This document shows positions 13,191-25,069 of a stretch of 64,000 bases of DNA, piece after piece. The number at the start of each line of letters is the position of its first letter. Position 1 is the stretch's first letter. The notes beneath the pieces were generated by a model. The model was not told the origin of the DNA and searched no databases. It saw nothing but the letters and a program-made list of their open reading frames with translations. The DNA lies in the NCBI RefSeq assembly GCF_006345805.1, contig NC_042997.1, positions 184,884,001-184,948,000 on the forward strand, given 5' to 3'. The position numbers and the translations under genes are program-made. The stretch is from Octopus sinensis. Lineage: Eukaryota.

Positions 13191-13980
13191 TGACAATATA
13201 TTATTCTAAAATAAAGAGCTCAATTCTCTCTGTATAAATTGTTGCCCATGTACCTAAATTAGAAAGTGTGATTATTATTCGCAAAATGCGATACATTATG
13301 AAAGTATCTGGTATTATTAAATAATATGCAATGCAAACAAGGTAACTAAAATAAAATCCTTCTGTCTTACTATACTAATAGTTTTCATAAGTTATATGCT
13401 TTTGGACGGTTCAAATACATTAGCTAAAAAATGACATAACATTCATATTTACAGCTGTGCAATGCGGTTTCCTTTACCATAAATGCATACAAAATTGCTG
13501 TTTTATATGTTCTTTATGAATAATATTATATCTAGCTCATTTTGCTTGTATTTTGTTCTGTATGTTCATTTGTATATTTTGCTTTATTTTCGTTTTATTT
13601 TATTTTCTTCAGAACATTTACCGCTCCTCTGACTGCAATGGAGATAAATGACGTTTCTCTGCAATGGAAAATAATTGAAAATTGATGACACACTAGTTGT
13701 AACTATAATAGCTATGCAGGCAGCATGAAAGTACAAGCCTGAATCAAATATTTCATGTAAACATAAAGTAGTTATGATGATCAAGTCACCACCCAGCCTC
13801 ATATTAGATGATTATCTGCTGCTAGTATAGAATTTAAACTAGAATAGCTCTGGAAAATTCCATTTTTTCTCCCATTCATTCTGATATCGTGTGTATCACA
13901 CACGCGCACGCTGTACATATATACATATGCACATACTGCAAATATACACATAAACGGAAATATATAAATATTTATATGAA

Positions 13981-14416
<436 letters not shown>

Positions 14417-14464
14417 ATGTGTGTGTGTGTGTATGCATACATATATATATATATATATACATAC

Positions 14465-14495
<31 letters not shown>

Positions 14496-14929
14496 TACAT
14501 ATGCATACACTCACGCACATATACAAGCGCACACACACATACACACACATATATGTATATATATATACATACATATATATAAAACCTTCATATATATCCA
14601 TACACACATGCCCAAACACGCATACGCACGGCCACACTGGAAAACGTATATTTGTAGTTTTCCGTTTTTGCATTTCATACACATAAACTTACAAATATAT
14701 CAATCTACACGCATGTGTTTATATTTATGGGTATTTATTTTATAGCTAGTTTTAATCATGCTTTGTTATCCTATTAAATTCCCTGTGTGTTTCTCTGAGT
14801 GTGTGTGTATGTGTGTGTGTGTGTGTGTGCCTGCAGTTTATGTGTTATTTTATAAGTGAGAGTATATACATACATGGCAGGCTGTAATCGAGTTGTCTTC
14901 TTTGCCAGGATGATATTAACCAACACACA

Positions 14930-14979
<50 letters not shown>

Positions 14980-15374
14980 ACACAGAGCACACTTGCGCGC
15001 GTGCATCTATCCTCAGTTTCACCTAATTTTACTGTCTAAGCCATATCCATATCATTTTCTACCTTCCACATCACTATTCTAGTTTTGGTTCCTCTTCAAT
15101 GAGTATTTCCGACTCCCACCCGAAGCTGAATCCACTTGTGGGCACGTTAAACTGTTTATTTTAGAATGAGTTCGGCGAATTTCATATCTGGATAAGACAT
15201 ACGTTTCTAGTCTCTCAGGAAAGCAGTTCCTATTCTGCCAGTTTCAAATTAGGTTCTCGTTCAGACAAAAATCATTTCTGTAGGAAAATACCCGTTCGAC
15301 ATTCAAATGAATGAATTACAACTACATTTGAATCGTATCAATTATAATTTGTCAATTATTATTTAGTCTTTTAT

Positions 15375-15580
15375 TCTTACTTATTTTTAGAAGTTTGACT
15401 CAGACCATGCTGGAACACCACCTTAAAAGGTTTTAGTCAAAGAAATCGAGCCCAGTACTTATTTGTTAGTCTACAACTTACTTTATCAGTGACTTTTGCT
15501 GAATCGCTAAGTTACAGGTGCATAAACACACTAGCATCAGTTGTCAAGCGATGACCAGGGGACAAACAGAAACACACATA
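15375..15580 (-). mobile_element. SINE family A, degraded 3' part
   Basis: CATGCTGGAACACC...GTTGTCAAGCGATG...GGACAAACA segments. Confidence 0.65.
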
Positions 15581-15770
15581 AATATTAACAGTATATATAT
15601 TAATATATGCATAAATTTAAAAGGGTGAAAAATTGGATATTAATTTGATTAACATCAATTTAAAACTAGTGGTCTAGCATATTAAAACCTGAAGGTTCAG
15701 TAAATTGCATTACATACATATGAGAGGGATGACCACTATGCGTACAACCCTTATGCTAGAAGTAGATCCG

Positions 15771-15826
<56 letters not shown>

Positions 15827-16929
15827 CAAAGCCTCCCTTGACCTCAAGTGGCCTGAACTCTTTACATGAACACCACCCTGTACTTAACTCCATGTCCCCC
15901 TACATGGCCTTGCTATTTGCTTTTGAGCCAAATTAACTAACTAACTAACATATATATATATATATATTGCAGTGTGAAGCTTGAAGTCGATAGGCAAAAA
16001 CTGAATTATCAAATGAGCTAGAGAAATAATTTATGGGTTATCTCTTTATGTAGGTGTACCAAGGTGTATAAATAGGAGCAGGATAACACTAGTACTCAGG
16101 AACGTGCACCCAGGAACGTGTAGACATTTACTTGTTCGTCTAGTATTACCATCACTTGGAAGAATGCTGGCTATTTAAGATGTCAGACTTAGCATCATAT
16201 TTCGAAGGTAATTTCCACTAGTATTCACCTCCCTATCAGTAGTCTCCCCTTAACTGTAAAAAAGTTGATAGCCGTATTGGTTGGTAATACTTACCTTATT
16301 TTTATTGTTATTTTATGTTATGTTGAGATTGTGTAGAAGGGCATAAACGGCCTCATTCTACCTATGGTATAGTCTTCTTCTCCACACCTTTTTACTTACT
16401 GGTTTATTTTCTACCTTATTTACGTCTACCCCTGTAAACTGTCTTAACTTGCCCTTGGTTTAAATATAACTGATTAATTGTAGAGGTGGCTGGACTTCCA
16501 CTACGGACAACAGGTGTTTGGTCTCTAGAATATTTCAGTAAGTACACCATTATAAAAAATCTTTCGTTGGTTGCTTTTCGAGTCTTCTTATCCGTTTTCC
16601 AAATTTAATCTCAAGAACACTAGCCCCCATTCTGGTGCAATTTACATTATTTTTCACGTGGACATATCTCACACTACTTAGAAAGTATTATCTCGGTATA
16701 TATTTTTTTAATGTCTCAGCATTTGAATAAATTTTAATTACTCCGGTAGTGGATAGTTAATATTTAAAAGAAATGCTTATGTAGGAATGGACTAAGTGAA
16801 GAGTGAAAGAAAAAATGACTGGATTACCGTGCATGTGCGGACGCATGTGAGTGTGAGGAAGAGGTTTTACAGTTTTGCGAAAAACAGTCGGCCCGAGCGT
16901 ATTTGTGACATAGTATATTCTGAATTTAT

Positions 16930-17163
16930 GGAGGCGTGTGGTTAGGGTGTTGAACTCATGATCGTAAGGTTGTGGTTTCGATTCCTAGACCGGGCGATGC
17001 GTTGTGTTCTAAAGCAAGACACTTCATTTCACCTTGCTCCAGTCCACTCAGCTGGCAAAAATGTGTAATCCTGCGACGAACCGGCGTCCCGTCCAGGTGG
17101 GGAATTTCTACGCCTCTGAAACCGGGAAACCGGCCCTTATGAGCCTGGAATGGCTCAAGAAAA
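16930..17163 (+). mobile_element. tRNA-derived SINE family B
   Basis: GGAGGCGTGTGGTTAGGG...GGTTTCGATTCC head; CTTGCTCCAGTCCACTCAGCTGGCAAAAATG body shared with other copies. Confidence 0.85.
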
Positions 17164-17437
17164 AATATTATAATATTCTGAATTGCGAGGTTGAATTCAG
17201 AAATGTTACTTCAGTCGAATATTACCGAATTGGTTAAGCACTAACAGGATTTCAAAAATTCTCTACAGCAAGAAACAACTAGGCTGCAGGAGTAATTTGT
17301 AGCAGGAGTAATTTGTTTTCTTTTTGAAAGTTCACAACTTTTAATAAAGAAAAATAAGAAAAGAGAGTTTAGATAGGTTGTGAGAGACATCCTTTCATAT
17401 TCGTCAATGTTGGTCAATTTATTTGTATTTGGTCTAA

Positions 17438-17778
17438 GTAGTGAAGGCGCATGGCTTAGTGGTTAGGGCATTCGGCTGACGATTGTAAGGTCGTGAGTTC
17501 GATTCCCGGCGATACGTTGTGTCCTTGAGCAAGACACTTTATTTCACGTTGCTCCAGTCCACTTAGCTGGCAAAAATGAGTTGTACCTGTATTTCAAGGG
17601 GCCGGCCTTGTCACACTCTGTGTCACGCTGAATCTCCCTGAGAACTACGTTAAGGGTACTCGTGTCTGTGGATTGCTCAGTCACTTGCATGTTAATTCCA
17701 CGAGCAAGCTGTTCCGTTGATCGTATCAGCTGGGACCCTCGTCGTCGAAACCGACGGAGTGCTCCTACCTTACCTACC
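17438..17778 (+). mobile_element. SINE family B with 12-bp TSD
   Basis: A box TGGCTTAGTGG, B box GAGTTCGATTCCC; TSD TATTTGGTCTAA at 17426-17437 and 17779-17790. Confidence 0.9.
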
Positions 17779-18829
17779 TATTTGGTCTAATTAAAGTATG
17801 TACGTAGTATGTAACAGTCAAACTCGTACTTTATAAATTTCTTATAAACAGGGATCATTAGGGTCCTCTAATGATACAAACGAACAACATTACAATATTC
17901 TGTGCCGTAAGAAATTATTCAGCATTTACTGATCTGCCGTCTACTTCACATTCTTTCATTTCAACTTAAATCTTAAATCTCTTACTTTTATCATACTCTC
18001 CTGTTCTTACGCTTAAAATACTAATACATTCCAAACACATTCTCTTCCTATTAAGCATATGTGTAAGATTCAACATCAGAAAATGTTAGAAGCTAAAGTT
18101 GAAAGTATATTGCTGTTAATAACGCTATTAATTGGCTACTAAATACGTTTGTGGACTTTTCAATTGGCATTTCGCAGATTAAATCAATATCGAAGAATAT
18201 GCACAAAAATATAGTTCAAGCAATAACTTCAATCCGATTTGTTCCTTTGAAAGAAATGTTCATGTATATTAGATCTGCAATACACAGAATCAAGAACTTT
18301 CTGAAATATTATAGTCTCGTTTTATATTCTTCGAGCATCGTTTGTTCATATTCTTGACATACATTAGATACTGCAACTTCTAAAGAAACAACATTTTCAA
18401 TTGGTTTTACTGTGTTTAAAATATAGTCAGGAAAAATCAAGTAGTAGATACAGAGAGACTGTTCGACTTATGAATAGGGAATAATCGTTGTTTAGCAGAA
18501 GGAATTCCAAAATAAGATATAGCGCTGCTTTAAAGTTCAACAAAGTGGAAAACCTACTTGTTTGTTTCTAGATATAAACTCCCTTTAATAATATAGTTGT
18601 GCATTTATGCAGATGATATCTGTTTGATAAAACGATCGTGTGAAATAGTTGCTATGAATTTACATTGCAATTCTTTATCCTTGGGTGGCTTTCGTTGATT
18701 AGAGAAATATAGAATCAGTATGTGTACTGTACATTTTTCGTTCCTCCAAGCTATACGACATACAAGGGTAGATTGCATAATTTTATAACATCTGACAATA
18801 TAAGACATATATGTGTGTGTGCGTATGTG

Positions 18830-18883
<54 letters not shown>

Positions 18884-18984
18884 GGAAGTCAGAACAAAAG
18901 CCCAAATAGGTTCCATATAACTTGTGATATACCAAGCTTATGTGTGTGCGCCTGCGAGCGCGCGTGTGTGTATAAATATACATA

Positions 18985-19190
18985 TCTTTATCTTTTACTT
19001 GTTTCAGTCATTAGACTGCAGTCATTCTGAGACACTGCCTTGATGGGTTTAGTCAAAGTAATCGACTCGGCTGGATGTTTTAAAGCCTGGTACCATCCTA
19101 TCGGTCTCTTTTGCAGAAACGTTAAATAATTGCAGACACGTAAACAAATCAACACTGGCTATCAAGCGGTGAGGGTGGGGGCAAACATAT
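18985..19190 (-). mobile_element. SINE family A, 3' half
   Basis: TTTTACTTGTTTCAGTCATT...CTATCGGTCTCTTTTGC homology. Confidence 0.7.
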
Positions 19191-19228
19191 ATATCGGGAC
19201 ATATACATACACATACACGCATGTAAGT

Positions 19229-19333
19229 GGAGGCGCGTGGCTTAGTGGTTAGAGTGTCGGCATCATGATCGTAAGAGTGTTGTTTCGATTCCTGGACCAG
19301 GCAACGCGTTGTGTTCTTGAGCAAAACACTTCA
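19229..19333 (+). mobile_element. SINE family B, 3'-truncated at (TA)n
   Basis: GGAGGCGCGTGGCTTAGTGG...GAGCAAAACACTTCA. Confidence 0.8.
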
Positions 19334-19377
19334 TATATATATAGGTACATATCTCTACATACATCTATATATATGTA

Positions 19378-19471
<94 letters not shown>

Positions 19472-19473
19472 AA

Positions 19474-19814
19474 TGTAGGATCTAGGGATCGATGTGTAGG
19501 AAGAAAGTTAGCTTCGAGCAATTTAGTGAATATAGAAAAACAACTTTCAGGAATAATACTGCTTTATTGAGACAGAAGGTTGGGGATTTTTGTTTCTTTT
19601 ATCGAAGAACGATGAGCTGAAAAAAGTCCTTTTCAAATTCATCGGTAGGAAACCAGGGTTGCCGAGTATGCGATAAAGAATACAAGAGTTACGGAATGGA
19701 GAATGAGAAATCCGCGCTACATATATTTCATAGTGAACGGAAACTCAGAAGTGGTAAAATCCAAGTGAGGTGTATACCGCCGGCTGCTCTTCAGGCCAAG
19801 GATATCTTGATCAT

Positions 19815-19876
<62 letters not shown>

Positions 19877-19907
19877 CTATATATATATATATATATATAT
19901 ATCTATA

Positions 19908-19989
<82 letters not shown>

Positions 19990-20331
19990 AATGTAGGATC
20001 TAGGGATCGATGTGTAGGAAGAAAGTTAGCTTCGAGCAATTTAGTGAATATAGAAAAACAACTTTCAGGAATAATACTGCTTTATTGAGACAGAAGGTTG
20101 GGGATTTTTGTTTCTTTTATCGAAGAACGATGAGCTGAAAAAAGTCCTTTTCAAATTCATCGGTAGGAAACCAGGGTTGCCGAGTATGCGATAAAGAATA
20201 CAAGAGTTACGGAATGGAGAATGAGAAATCCGCGCTACATATATTTCATAGTGAACGGAAACTCAGAAGTGGTAAAATCCAAGTGAGGTGTATACCGCCG
20301 GCTGCTCTTCAGGCCAAGGATATCTTGATCA
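19474..20331. repeat. Two apparently identical 340-bp TG...CA units (solo-LTR-like), 518-bp period
   Basis: 19474-19813 and 19992-20331 match; each is bounded by TG and CA, with AATAAA on the minus strand ~90 nt from one end. The spacer is only (TA)n(ATCT)n. A diverged copy of the left end lies at ~8230-8342. Confidence 0.6.
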
Positions 20332-20357
20332 TATATATATATATATATATATATATT

Positions 20358-20727
20358 AAATAGTAAAAAGTGAAAAAACTACAGAAGGCTTGTTTTAAAA
20401 GTTTAAAAAATATATTTGAGTCATTATGTCAGAAGAATGTTATAAAATTTTTTCATACATTGACATAGTTTTTGAAGAAATTACCGGTTTCGTGTTAACT
20501 TTTCAAATTCTCAAAACATCGTGTTATGTCTTCGTTATTCACTTCATAACGAAGACATAACACGATGTTTTGAGAAATTTGAAAAGTTAACACGAAACCG
20601 GTAATTTCTTCAAAAACTATGTCACTGTATGAAAACATTTTATAACATTCTTCTGACATATTGACTCAAATATATTTTTTAACCTTTTAAAACAAGCCTT
20701 CTGTAGTTTTTTCACTTTTTACTATTT
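20358..20727. repeat. Long near-perfect palindrome (~180-bp arms)
   Basis: Arms 20358-20538 and 20546-20727, loop TCACTTC; about 5 differences by eye. Confidence 0.9.
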
Positions 20728-20769
20728 TCTATATATTCAACGACGTGCTTTCACACACCAACTTTCTCA

Positions 20770-20806
<37 letters not shown>

Positions 20807-20809
<3 letters not shown>

Positions 20810-21090
20810 AAGTTTGAAAAAGCCCCTATATAAGATAAATTTAATGGCTGTAATCGATTACAGCCAACGATTCTAGTCAACGCACAAGACAGACATTATG
20901 CTCCCCCACACAAAACACCACCAAATGGAGATTTATTGAGACTAGTAAGAAACAATTATGAACTTTTTTTATCACACTTAACTTTTCAAAAAATTTTTGA
21001 TAAGGTTCGTTTTTTCAAGAAGAACCTAAACATGTAAAATCTCTAAGAAAATAAAAAATTATCTTATATAGTGGCGTTTTCAAACTTCTT
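20807..21090. mobile_element. MITE-like element with 32-bp TIRs next to (TA)n
   Basis: AAGAAGTTTGAAAAAGCCCCTATATAAGATAA versus the reverse complement of 21059-21090: 30/32 match. Confidence 0.75.
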
Positions 21091-21169
21091 TTTTATAAAT
21101 ATATATCCACTCGTATGCCACCTACACTTTTTTATATATACATACATACATACATATATATATACACAT

Positions 21170-21202
<33 letters not shown>

Positions 21203-22353
21203 CATATTTGCATATATATATGTATACATATGTAATATATATATATATATATATATTAATATAGATATAAGTTTATAAATATTATTAAGTCTGCGTCGTG
21301 CTTTGGTTGAAACAGTTTAGGGGACACTTAACTAAATGCATAAATTTCTCTTGCTTTTTTATACATTTATACATTCCTTGTACACGTGAATTCAGGACGC
21401 ATGAAATTCTGTAGCACTGTTTGGGAAACATCGGTCTGAAGATAATTATATGGAAAAGATATTTATTATAAAGAGTTCTCTGGAAGCAGGAAGGGGACTC
21501 ACTGACTCATTGACAGAACAAAAGATCAAACACCAGAAACTAATTGCTAAAACAGTGAAGAAGCCCCAGGATTTGACGGAATCTAAGTTTAGGTTGAACT
21601 GCATGAATATGACATATTGAAAAACTGAAATGACCTTTTCAAAAATTCCTAGGAGAGTGAGAAAAACGTGCTCGGTGTATGTGGGTTGAGATATAAAGTT
21701 AAACGGAGTAAATTAGGTAAATGACTACGGAGTGGGATAATTCTCTTTATGACAAGCAAACATTATGGTATTAAGTGCGGGAAGTGTAAGGACATGTGAG
21801 AAAGCCAGTGAGTTGTTAAACAAGTCTTGCACAAATAAAGAATGAAGGGTTGTCATTACAAATAATGATAAGCAACAACAAAAAAGCTCGTAAAATAGAT
21901 TTGATGATTTGATATTTAACAATAAAATCTAGGATTAAACTTTGGTTCTCGGTTATTTTCTGTGTTATATATGCATTCAATGTAAATACAAACGTACGTA
22001 TCTACACAAGCATGCGCACACATATTTATGTGTTATCTGTGTATATATATTTATGAATACTTATAAATATGTGAACACACACTAATGCATATATATTCTT
22101 TTATATATACTTTATGCAGCCATAAACACACATCACATACATACACACATACGCGTGCGCGCACACACAGTCACATCTATCTATCTGTCTATTTATCTAT
22201 CAATCTATCTATCTATATACATACATAATATATATATATACATATATACATCTATGTTCTATGTATATATATATACGTATATACAATAGCGTCGTATTTA
22301 TATCGATTGCTATTTTCCAGTAAATATTGGTGCCTTGTTGTACCATTTATCTA

Positions 22354-22390
<37 letters not shown>

Positions 22391-22416
22391 GTATATATGT
22401 GTGTGTGTGGATATAT

Positions 22417-22741
<325 letters not shown>

Positions 22742-23249
22742 CATTTATCTAACATGTATATACATATATGTCGGTTCACCAGAAGTGATAATTTACATGA
22801 CTCAATACGAATGTACAGTATTTTCAGTACATTATAATCAAAAAGCTCCTATTTCAAGTTCTCAGTATTGCTCGTTTCTGAACCTGGCTGCTTTCGAACG
22901 ATCTCCTCATCTGAAACATGAAATAGTAGTTTTAAGCTGTTGTGCCGATCTTTCGGAGACTGATTTTATGGTGATGTTCATATTCACCCTCTACACGGTT
23001 GCATATCCTAGATTTTTTGCACACTCCATCTACCCATTATATACATTACAAATATTACGTAATTATGAGTCTCAAGGAACAGCCGTCGGACTTGAAGTAC
23101 CATTTCTTTTATCCTTAGTTGTCTGTAGTTTTTGTGCATCATGAAAATTTTATTGTAAATATTTACATATGTATATGCTCCTTTTCAGTTCTTGTTTCTC
23201 TATCTCACTCCCTTCCTCTCTCTGTATACACACACACACACACACACAC

Positions 23250-23294
<45 letters not shown>

Positions 23295-23859
23295 TATATA
23301 CATACATATCAAACCCAAGTGCGTTTTATCTCCACGCACTTAAGAGCAGATGCGTTGTCATTCTACTCTTCTTAATTTTCTTCCCAATTCTGAATAGTGT
23401 AGGAAAATAAACCACTGTGGAGGTACATTTTTACAGTTGTTCAACATATCTTACACATGTTTCATTAATAAAAATAAATATTCAATGGGAAAATGCATTT
23501 TAAATGGTTTATAGGAACAAATAAGGAGAGACTGCGCAGCAAACGTAAAGAAATTTTAATTTATATTATGCATTTCGGTCAGCATGTGGTATCAAAAATT
23601 ATACCAACAGATGTTATATATGTTTGTATGTTAAACATATTGTACATCAGGAAATATGTGCGCAGGCGTCTGTACCAATGTTGGTGTACATCGGTGCAAA
23701 AACTCGCCCAGTTATGTTATTTTACGTTCAAGAGCACCACTAGATATCATGTTAAATAATATCATTTGGTAAATCAAGAAAAATAATATAAATGCTAGAT
23801 TGTAATATGTACTGGAGTTTATAGAACTGACAAAAACAAAAAAGAAAACGAAGCAAATG

Positions 23860-23992
23860 ATTGGTGACGGGACGTCAGGATGTCTACAGTCCAATAAATG
23901 ACGTCAGCATATCTTCAGTCCAATAAATGACGTCAACATGTCTTCCGTCCAATCAATGACCTCAACCTGTCTCCAATCGAATAAATGACACC
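23860..23992. promoter_or_regulatory. 29-bp tandem array of CCAAT + CRE (TGACGTCA) motifs
   Basis: CCAAT at 23891, 23920 and 23949; TGACGTCA at 23899 and 23928; TGACCTCA at 23957; ATTGG at 23860. Function is not demonstrated. Confidence 0.45.
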
Positions 23993-24747
23993 GGTAAAAT
24001 ATTGTAGTATTCTCTGTTCTAAAATATCTAAGAATTTCGGTTTAAGAAGTTTGCTTTGAAATATGTGAACATATCGGCCAACACAACAGAAGAAACCGGA
24101 TCTAAAACTGTTTTTATTGGACATAAATCGGAAACTCCATCGGTAGTATTAATCTTCTCAAACAATACGTTTATCATTCGTCGTATGTTAATATATAGAT
24201 AACCTGTGAAGGTATAAGAAATATTTGATAGTAATACCCATGACATTGTTTTTACTACTATCGGAACAAGAAGACGTGTGTTGTTTAAAAGCTCTGATAA
24301 TCCTCTCAGAGCTCAAATTTTCTTCCCTCAATCTCACAATATCTCACAGTCGTTAATATATCCCCTTTTCTAATTCTCTCCAACTTCTTATCTCGATATC
24401 ACATTCTCCATTACTATTTCCTCTGTGTTTCGTTCTCCGCCTCCTTCTCTCCCCTTTCTTGCAGTTGTCTCTATTACATTTTTTCGAACTTCCTTCTGTA
24501 CAACTTATGGCTCAGAAGCTAGAAACCCTGTCGATAAATCCTGCTGTGACTCACTGATCAGGCGGGTTTCTATTTCGTTTCTAAACAAAACACCCCCAAC
24601 CTTCCATTATCTTAGTGAAGAACATAAAATATCTGGCGCACATAAAATATGTATGTTGTAAGAGTGGGTGGGGTTCGGAACTCCGTGTTTACAAATATAG
24701 TTTTACAAATGTGTGTCCATATAGCTATATGTGAATTTGATTATTCA

Positions 24748-24813
24748 TATCTATCTATATATCTATCTGTCTGTCTGTCTGTCTATCTATATGTCTGTCT
24801 GTCTACCTGTCTG

Positions 24814-24882
<69 letters not shown>

Positions 24883-25069
24883 TGTCTATCTCTCTATCTC
24901 TATCTATCTGTCTGTCTGTCTATCTCTCTCTCTCACTCTCACTATCTCACTCTCACTATCTCTCTCTCTATCTATCTGTCTGTATGTCTGTCTCTCTGTC
25001 TGTCTATCTATCCATCTAGCTGTCTATCTATCTATCTATCCATCTATCTATCTATCTATCTATCTATCT
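24748..25069. repeat. (ATCT)n/(GTCT)n microsatellite, 5' flank of the Tx1 element
   Basis: Direct reading. Confidence 0.95.

Noticed and set aside
13130-13215. Host exon after a TTTTATTTTAG acceptor on the minus strand
   Set aside because: The peptide continues colinearly into the degraded R4-like RT and hits a stop.
16300-16720. L1/Tx1-like RT remnant on the minus strand
   Set aside because: Only faint motif resemblance (VLEIKFGKR, NGVLTEIF); too weak to call without a search.
21540-21790. LINE RT remnant suggested by EAPGFDGI
   Set aside because: A single motif without convincing colinear support.
24649-25069. N-terminal 140 aa of the 1077-aa ORF
   Set aside because: In-frame read-through of flank and (ATCT)n; the Tx1 sequence starts at ~25070.
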